Source of the DNA: Promethearchaeota archaeon
Lineage (GTDB): Archaea > Asgardarchaeota > Lokiarchaeia > Sigyniarchaeales > SOKP01
Assembly: GCA_019057865.1 (NCBI GenBank)
Contig: JAHLWP010000021.1
Span: 1 to 64,000, forward strand
DNA length: 64,000 bases
Direction: 5' to 3'
The notes beneath the pieces were generated by a model that did not search any database, was not told the origin of the DNA, and saw only the letters and a list, made by a program, of their open reading frames with translations. Every line of letters starts with the position of its first letter. The stretch's first letter is position 1. This document shows, piece after piece, positions 58,073-64,000 of this stretch. The position numbers were made by a program, and so were the translations under genes.

Positions 58073-59422
58073 TTGAAGAACCTTGAACCTTTTTTTAACC
58101 CAAAAAGTATCTTAATTGTAGGCGTTTCAAGGAAAGCTTATACTTTTAGTTATACTGTATTGAAAAACCTTTTAGAGATTTTTTATCAAGGCAAACTCTA
58201 CATATTAAACCCAAATGCTAATGAGGTATTAGGTGTTAAATCCTATCATTCTTTAGAAGAATTACCTGAAATTCCAGAACTAGCAGTAATAGTTTTAGGT
58301 ACGAAAATATTAGACATTGTGGAAGAATTAGGGAAGTATGGTGTAAAATATGTAACAATTCAATCTGAATTAAAAACAGGAATTAATGATACTGATTTAA
58401 CATTAAAATTGCATAAAGTCTGTGAAAAATATGGGATAACATATTTAGGACCTTCAATGATAGGAATTATTAACTTTATTGATAACTTTACGACATCAAT
58501 TATTCCTGTTAGACAACATATAATGCGAGAAAATAAGAACATAACAGAGGGTATAGGTTTCATAGCACAATCTGGAGGGTTAGCAGGTGCTCTAGGGTGG
58601 TGGACTCCTTCACAAAAATTACCCATATCAAAAGTTGTACACTTAGGAAAAGGCTTTCACGTTAGTGAACAAGATATTATTGAATTCTTTCTTAATGATA
58701 AAACAGTCAAAGTTATTTCTTTGTTTTTAAGGGAAATTTCGGATGAATTAATAGACGCAGTAAAGAATGTCTCTCTATATAAACCTGTTCTTTTCTTTTA
58801 TGTAGGAAAAGATGAATTAAAAGAAAAAGAATTAGAAAAAGCAGGAGGAATATCAGTATTAAATTATATTGAGCTTTTTGAGATAGCTAAGATATTCTTA
58901 TGGTGTCCGGAGCCTAAGGGTCCCAATTTAGGGATTATTGGACCTAGTTCTGGTGCAATTCATCTAATTGTAAAAGAAATGAGAAAACAACATTTATCTT
59001 TGGCAAAGCCAGATAAAGAATCTCAAGACATAATTATAAATAAAATAGGTGGCTCTACTTGCGCATATGGTAACCCTGTTGATTATTGGCCCCCAGAGAA
59101 ATTTATAGGTATTAAAATCTGTGGTATATATAATACATCTGCCTCTACCTTATTAAAAGACGAACATGTTGATGGATTAATTATTGCCTTGGAATTTTTT
59201 ATTGAAATTGAATTTGATTTTAATATATTTGATAGTATAAGAAGAACAAATCCAGATAAACCAATTATCGCAATTCTTATACAAGCTGAACATGAAGGAG
59301 CCAAACGAGTATTCAAATCTGCTTCTGAGATAAAGATTCCCGTCTTTGAAAATGAAATAGAGCGCGCTGTACGAGGATATAGATTGTTATATGACTATTA
59401 TTCAAAAATAAAAAAGAAATAA
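58073..59422 (+). CDS. ADP-forming acyl-CoA ligase alpha-subunit homologue lacking the phospho-His loop
   Basis: FFNPKSILIVGVS CoA-binding domain, LGPSMIG, IAQSGG, NPVD; the SHTG segment after KPVLF is missing. Confidence 0.8.
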   Translation: MKNLEPFFNPKSILIVGVSRKAYTFSYTVLKNLLEIFYQGKLYILNPNANEVLGVKSYHSLEELPEIPELAVIVLGTKILDIVEELGKYGVKYVTIQSELKTGINDTDLTLKLHKVCEKYGITYLGPSMIGIINFIDNFTTSIIPVRQHIMRENKNITEGIGFIAQSGGLAGALGWWTPSQKLPISKVVHLGKGFHVSEQDIIEFFLNDKTVKVISLFLREISDELIDAVKNVSLYKPVLFFYVGKDELKEKELEKAGGISVLNYIELFEIAKIFLWCPEPKGPNLGIIGPSSGAIHLIVKEMRKQHLSLAKPDKESQDIIINKIGGSTCAYGNPVDYWPPEKFIGIKICGIYNTSASTLLKDEHVDGLIIALEFFIEIEFDFNIFDSIRRTNPDKPIIAILIQAEHEGAKRVFKSASEIKIPVFENEIERAVRGYRLLYDYYSKIKKK

Positions 59423-59432
59423 AAAAATTAGC

Positions 59433-60686
59433 TTAAGAAAAAATTTCCTTTAGTTCTTCAGGTACCTCATCTGATTCATCCATTAAGGAAAGAGCATAGA
59501 TAACTTCTCCACATTTACACTCTTTTCCCTCAAATAAGTAAAATCTAAACTGATTTTTCCAATTGCAAATTTGAACATTACTAATATTAGCAACATCACC
59601 ACAAAGACAAAATATTGCCAAATTTGGCGAATAAGCTGGAATTATTGTCTTGAAATCTTGGGGTGCTTTGCTAAATTCACATTCATTTAACATATCATTA
59701 ATTTTTTCCGCTAAAGTATCTTTTAGAGTTGGAATAAAGCTATTTATTATTCCACTGCTCCCTTTCATTTCTGTAAGAACAATGAAATTTTTTTCGCGCT
59801 TTTCTGCTTTAGCTTTTTCTGGAAAAATTGGCTGTTGGTATTGCAGAAGGTTCTCAGGTACAGGAATTGGTTCCACATCAGGAGGATAATCAAAAGTATA
59901 GAAAAATTGATTAGTACCTTTTACACTTTTATGGCTAATCATTTTTAGATTTTCATAATCTCTACTAGATAATGTAAATTTTATCAATTGAAGTGGAACT
60001 TTCAATTCAAGAAGTTTTGATCTGACATTATCTAAGACTTCGCCTGCAAAACTTTTTAGAATCACAATATCTTCTCTATTCTCTGCATACATCTGATTTT
60101 TATTTTGCTCTTTAAATTTAAACCATTTTTTAACAACACTTCCCTTTATCAATTGAGGAACCATACAAAACACACATAAGAGTGGAAAGATAAAGAAGAG
60201 GATTCCCTCTATAAATGATAACCCAATGATAAGAACAAACATAGGGATTAAAAGTAAGAAAGTTAACTTCCGTAATCGCTTATCCATTGATGATTTAATT
60301 CCTTTGCTAAATGCAAGCTCTTCAGAATTAGATTTTAATTTTTTTACAATTTCAATAATTTCTTTTGATTCAAAGCTTTGTACCAATAATTTATCTTCTT
60401 CCCCTGCTTTAAAAGTTGTCATGTGACTTCCTATTTGATTAATATATTGACCTATGGCACGTTCTTTATAGATAAAATCTAAGGTCTCTTCAGAAAAATA
60501 ATCTAAAAATCGTGCTATAAAAAGTTTTTTCTCAACATCTTGGATGGCTGTTGGACTTAAACCAAGAGCTTCTTGAATCAGTTGACCCTGCGTTTTTCTA
60601 ACCTGTTTTTTAGATCTTCTCTTTTCTTCAGTTTGCGTTTTTGAAACTTCAGATTCTACTTCTTTATCGCTATCAGTTTCACTCAT
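59433..60686 (-). CDS. Hypothetical membrane protein with TM hairpin and C-terminal CxC...CxC putative Zn site
   Basis: 417-aa ORF; hydrophobic hairpin; FCLCG and ECKCG. Confidence 0.6.
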   Translation of the reverse strand: MSETDSDKEVESEVSKTQTEEKRRSKKQVRKTQGQLIQEALGLSPTAIQDVEKKLFIARFLDYFSEETLDFIYKERAIGQYINQIGSHMTTFKAGEEDKLLVQSFESKEIIEIVKKLKSNSEELAFSKGIKSSMDKRLRKLTFLLLIPMFVLIIGLSFIEGILFFIFPLLCVFCMVPQLIKGSVVKKWFKFKEQNKNQMYAENREDIVILKSFAGEVLDNVRSKLLELKVPLQLIKFTLSSRDYENLKMISHKSVKGTNQFFYTFDYPPDVEPIPVPENLLQYQQPIFPEKAKAEKREKNFIVLTEMKGSSGIINSFIPTLKDTLAEKINDMLNECEFSKAPQDFKTIIPAYSPNLAIFCLCGDVANISNVQICNWKNQFRFYLFEGKECKCGEVIYALSLMDESDEVPEELKEIFS

Positions 60687-60885
60687 AATCTAATCAATAT
60701 TAGAATTTTTAAGAAATATATACTATTAAATTATACTAAGATAATTAACTTTTCTAAAAATTCTATTAAATTTAGATGGCAATAAACCACTCTTCTAATA
60801 AGTTCTCTCCAAAAATTGCTAAGAATTTTCTTATTAAGTAATTCTTAGTTAAATTTTAAAAACCAGTCTACTTTATATAAAATCT

Positions 60886-61401
60886 ATGGAAGTCACAATC
60901 GATGAATTTCACAGGTTTAGAACTTATTCTTTTATTGGTCTTACACTCTGTTTTACAGTTTTCCTTATGATATTAACTGGTTTCGGAATTGCTGAAGGTG
61001 GTATGATGCTACAAGCATTTATTTTCATCGATTGCCTTGTACTTATACCTCTTGGTCTTGGTTCTTTTTATTTTTATTACTTTAAGCTTTGGATAAAATT
61101 TGTAATTAATGAAGAAAAATTTGAAATTGTTGGACCGCATTATACAAAATCGGTTTACTGGTCTGAGTTTGATCGTATGAGGTTGAAAGTAAAAGGCAAC
61201 AAAATAGGGCTTACTCAAGCTACATCCAGAGATAGAGTTAATTTTAGGATTCATTTCTATCGTAAGGATTCTAAAAGAATAGTGAAGTATATTAAGTTTC
61301 ATTTTTTTAAACAATGGAAGGGAAAACAAATTTTAGATCTTATACTCACTTATAGTCAAGATATGGGTAAAGACGTAATTTTAACGAAAAGGTATATATA
61401 A
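60886..61401 (+). CDS. Two-TM membrane protein (paralogue of 26122-26664)
   Basis: EEKFEIV..VYWSEFD..TYSQDMGKDVI. Confidence 0.65.
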   Translation: MEVTIDEFHRFRTYSFIGLTLCFTVFLMILTGFGIAEGGMMLQAFIFIDCLVLIPLGLGSFYFYYFKLWIKFVINEEKFEIVGPHYTKSVYWSEFDRMRLKVKGNKIGLTQATSRDRVNFRIHFYRKDSKRIVKYIKFHFFKQWKGKQILDLILTYSQDMGKDVILTKRYI

Positions 61402-61513
61402 TTTATTTTTTTTTTATTTTCTTTTTCTAAAAAATAAGGAAGAATCAGATTTGGACACAATAAACTTTATTTAAAAAGAGAATATAAAAAAACTAATTTT
61501 CTGTAATACTTTA

Positions 61514-61750
61514 TTATGGAACACTCACTACTTCTTTGACTTCGGGAATAAACTGCTTAAGAGCTCGTTCAATGCCTAATTTTACCGTCTGTTGACTATA
61601 AGGACAGCCTGCACAATGCCCTAATAGCTTAACCTTTACAGTACCATCATCTTCAATACTGAGAAGTTCCACATCTCCCCCATCCATCTGAAGTTGGGGC
61701 CTTATCTTATCGATTACTTGTTTAACTTTTTCTTTATCCATTCTTTTCAC
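61514..61750 (-). CDS. NifU-C/Nfu Fe-S scaffold domain protein
   Basis: IRPQLQMDGGDVEL, GHCAGCPYS..TVKLGIE. Confidence 0.92.
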   Translation of the reverse strand: MKRMDKEKVKQVIDKIRPQLQMDGGDVELLSIEDDGTVKVKLLGHCAGCPYSQQTVKLGIERALKQFIPEVKEVVSVP

Positions 61751-61909
61751 ATAAAAGTTATATATTTCTTAATATAGAATATAAAAACTAACTCTTAAAA
61801 CCTTTGTTTTATATTTTATTAATCTTTATTCAAAATATTTACAATTAACAAGAAATTATCCAATAAGATTAATAAAACAAAAATAGCTGCTTTAAAGAAA
61901 GGATTAACC

Positions 61910-62287
61910 ATGAAAAATCAAGAATTTATAGAACAATTAAGTGAAGTTCAGGACCTAATGAACCAAGAAAAATATAAGGAAGCCATTAAATTAATCCAAA
62001 AATTGAAGGAAATTGACAAAAAAGGTGATTTTGATTATGATCTTACTCATAAATTATATCAACTTGATTCTAACTGCAATTCTCTTTATAATCAACAGGT
62101 TATTTTGAACCACATTAATGAATTATCTAAAAAGCAGGAATCAATTTCTTTTCAAGAAATAAACTTATTAATAAAAAAAAGTACCAAATTAGACTTGAGT
62201 GATGATATTTTAAGGAGAGAAATTGAATTATTAATTTTAAGAAACCTTTTAAATTGCGAAATAGAGGGAGATCTATTGAAATTTTAA
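61910..62287 (+). CDS. Helical-repeat + winged-helix protein (PCI-like)
   Basis: TPR-like KYKEAIKLI; SISFQEI...REIELLILRNLLNCEIEG C-terminus. Confidence 0.45.
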   Translation: MKNQEFIEQLSEVQDLMNQEKYKEAIKLIQKLKEIDKKGDFDYDLTHKLYQLDSNCNSLYNQQVILNHINELSKKQESISFQEINLLIKKSTKLDLSDDILRREIELLILRNLLNCEIEGDLLKF

Positions 62288-62372
62288 AACCTGTTTTCTA
62301 AAAGTTCATCAAAAATTCTCGACTTTTATAAGTCTATATTTAGAATTAACTTAAAACAGATTAAATTAAAAC

Positions 62373-62966
62373 ATGATAATTGATCATCTTGATAGGGTAC
62401 TGGCTCTCAAGGTAGTTTATTACGGTCCGGCTCTGAGTGGTAAAACAACTTCTTTAAAAGCTCTTTTTAATCACTTTGGAAAAAAAGACAAAGTATTCAG
62501 CATTGAAAGTACGCGTAAAAGAACACTTTTTTTTGATTATGGGACTGTACTCTTCCAAAACGAATTATGGAAGATTAAAGTTCATATTTATAGTACAACA
62601 GGTCAGGATTTTTACCTTGTAACTCGTCCTATTACTTTAAGGGGGGTGGATGGAATTATTTTTGTTGCTGATTCTCAAAAAATTGTTTTTGAACGCAATC
62701 TTATTTCTTGGACTGAATTAGAAAAATATTTCCAGGATTCTTTATTAAGTCTTCCGAAAATTATAGCCTTTAATAAACAAGATTTGCCTGAAAAATTTAA
62801 TCCAGAGGATTTTTTGGATGAAATTGGCTATAAAAATTACGAAAATATTGATACTGAATATACTATCGCAATTAATGCAGAAGGAATTTTGGCATCGTTC
62901 GAGAATATTCTGAGACTGATTTTCAAGGAATACTCTGAAAATCAATTGATTTCAGCTATTAGTTAA
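62373..62966 (+). CDS. MglA-like small GTPase
   Basis: KVVYYGPALSGKTTSL, RTLFFD, TTGQ (G3 lacking Asp), LRGVDGIIFVADS, NKQD. Confidence 0.9.
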   Translation: MIIDHLDRVLALKVVYYGPALSGKTTSLKALFNHFGKKDKVFSIESTRKRTLFFDYGTVLFQNELWKIKVHIYSTTGQDFYLVTRPITLRGVDGIIFVADSQKIVFERNLISWTELEKYFQDSLLSLPKIIAFNKQDLPEKFNPEDFLDEIGYKNYENIDTEYTIAINAEGILASFENILRLIFKEYSENQLISAIS

Positions 62967-63002
62967 ACTATCAATGTAGTTTATTATTTACTTCAATTTT
63001 TC

Positions 63003-63836
63003 TTAAAATCTTAATGTATTAGGCTTAATATCATTCTCTTTACCAAACGTTGGAATTATCCATAAGTATAAACAATAATTAAGAGTTTTATAATATGGTT
63101 TAGAAAAGTTGATATGACCTAAATTCCCAGGGAAAAAAACTCCTTCTCCATCAGTTAGATCCTTACAGACTGATTGACCTTTAGAATTAATAAGATATTG
63201 AGTCACAGCGTAATGCTTATCATCAATACAATATATATACACTTCAGGGTAATTTGGATGCACATGTGAATAGATTTCATTTTCTTCTAAATTTATACTT
63301 GTTACAACACCTTCTTTCATTGATTCATTTGGAATGTTTGTAAAACCAGACATGAAAAAACTATTTTTAATAGCTGTCCAAACAGTTCTATACGTTGCCA
63401 TTTTATGTTCTGAGCCAAGTTCTCCTCTTGGAATAAATTTTTCTAAATTAAAACGTTGAATTTCAAATTTTGCATCTACATCTTTCACTGAAAGGCTAAA
63501 AACCAGACAAATTTTATTTTTATTTTTATTTTTTGGTTTAATTCTAAATTCTTTTTCAGGAGGCATAAAGAATATATCAAATTGATTTAAATCAAATTTA
63601 GCATTATTATAAGTTAAAATTGCGTTTCCTTCTAATAACGAGCCATTTAATACTTCTTTATTCTTTGTTTTTAATTTCAATTCAGAATCAAAATAAAAAT
63701 ATTTCAATCTAACATTTTTAAATTCTCTTTCAATTGATTCTTTAGGATCATCAAAATAAAAAGAATTCATTGTTGATTTCGTTAACTCTTTATTCTGAAA
63801 TGAAGAATTGCCTAAACCTTTCAAATTTAAAACCAA
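63003..63836 (-). CDS. Bicupin protein, KduI/IolB-like
   Basis: LEGNA...FDIFFMPP cupin 1; HVH...PEVYIY and DG..VFFP..LGH cupin 2. Confidence 0.55.
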   Translation of the reverse strand: MVLNLKGLGNSSFQNKELTKSTMNSFYFDDPKESIEREFKNVRLKYFYFDSELKLKTKNKEVLNGSLLEGNAILTYNNAKFDLNQFDIFFMPPEKEFRIKPKNKNKNKICLVFSLSVKDVDAKFEIQRFNLEKFIPRGELGSEHKMATYRTVWTAIKNSFFMSGFTNIPNESMKEGVVTSINLEENEIYSHVHPNYPEVYIYCIDDKHYAVTQYLINSKGQSVCKDLTDGEGVFFPGNLGHINFSKPYYKTLNYCLYLWIIPTFGKENDIKPNTLRF

Positions 63837-63866
63837 TTTTTAATTAATTAATTTTTTAATATGGAT

Positions 63867-64000
63867 TTAAAAAAAATCAGAAGAAACTGGCGATTGAAGT
63901 CTTATGTTCTTTTGTGAATTATCAGAAATTACAGAAATTAAAGCTGAAATATTTTGCTTGGTTTCATATACGATCTCTTTTTCTTCATCTTTTTTCCATT
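63867..64000 (-). CDS. 3' end of a gene truncated by the window edge
   Basis: Open frame WKKDEEKEIVYETKQNISALIS...SSDFF* running off the window. Confidence 0.45.
   Translation of the reverse strand, partial: WKKDEEKEIVYETKQNISALISVISDNSQKNIRLQSPVSSDFF

Noticed and set aside
1-64000. CRISPR arrays, tRNA/rRNA genes, IS elements, selenoprotein UGA readthrough
   Set aside because: None recognised by eye, and TGA-ending ORFs looked complete. tRNAscan-SE, Infernal and a SECIS search would be needed to exclude them formally.

Overview
AT-rich archaeal chromosome segment, most consistent with an Asgard archaeon of the Lokiarchaeia. This is an inference from an archaeal/eukaryotic-type rpL10e, an archaeal RNase P RNA with a BRE/TATA promoter, a roadblock/LC7 protein, an MglA-like small GTPase, a Loki-CTERM-like anchor and many acyl-CoA enzymes. 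Housekeeping content includes gatA/gatB, a K+-independent H+-PPase, rnpB (absent from the ORF track), glnA, dnaK/dnaJ with a divergent grpE, and rpl10e. Acyl-CoA catabolism genes include an IVD-type acyl-CoA dehydrogenase, a BadI-like ring hydrolase and a split isobutyryl-CoA-mutase-like enzyme with MeaB. The standout region is 44,470-59,422, a candidate membrane (glyco)lipid or surface-polymer tailoring cluster. It holds two divergent B12-binding radical SAM enzymes, a sulfotransferase, a CE4 deacetylase, UDP-galactopyranose mutase, two GT2s and a membrane-anchored LbH acyltransferase. It also holds two convergent LuxE-like acyl-protein synthetases without luxC/D/A/B, a CDP-alcohol phosphatidyltransferase and an acyl-CoA ligase alpha homologue lacking its phospho-His loop. 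Other observations: a candidate +1 frameshift at CTT-TAG (5798-5803), an unannotated 35-aa rubredoxin-like gene, a rubrerythrin with a degenerate di-iron site and three rubredoxin-like domains, and several gene remnants. No CRISPR array, tRNA, rRNA or transposase was seen. All family calls come from motif recognition by eye, not database searches.
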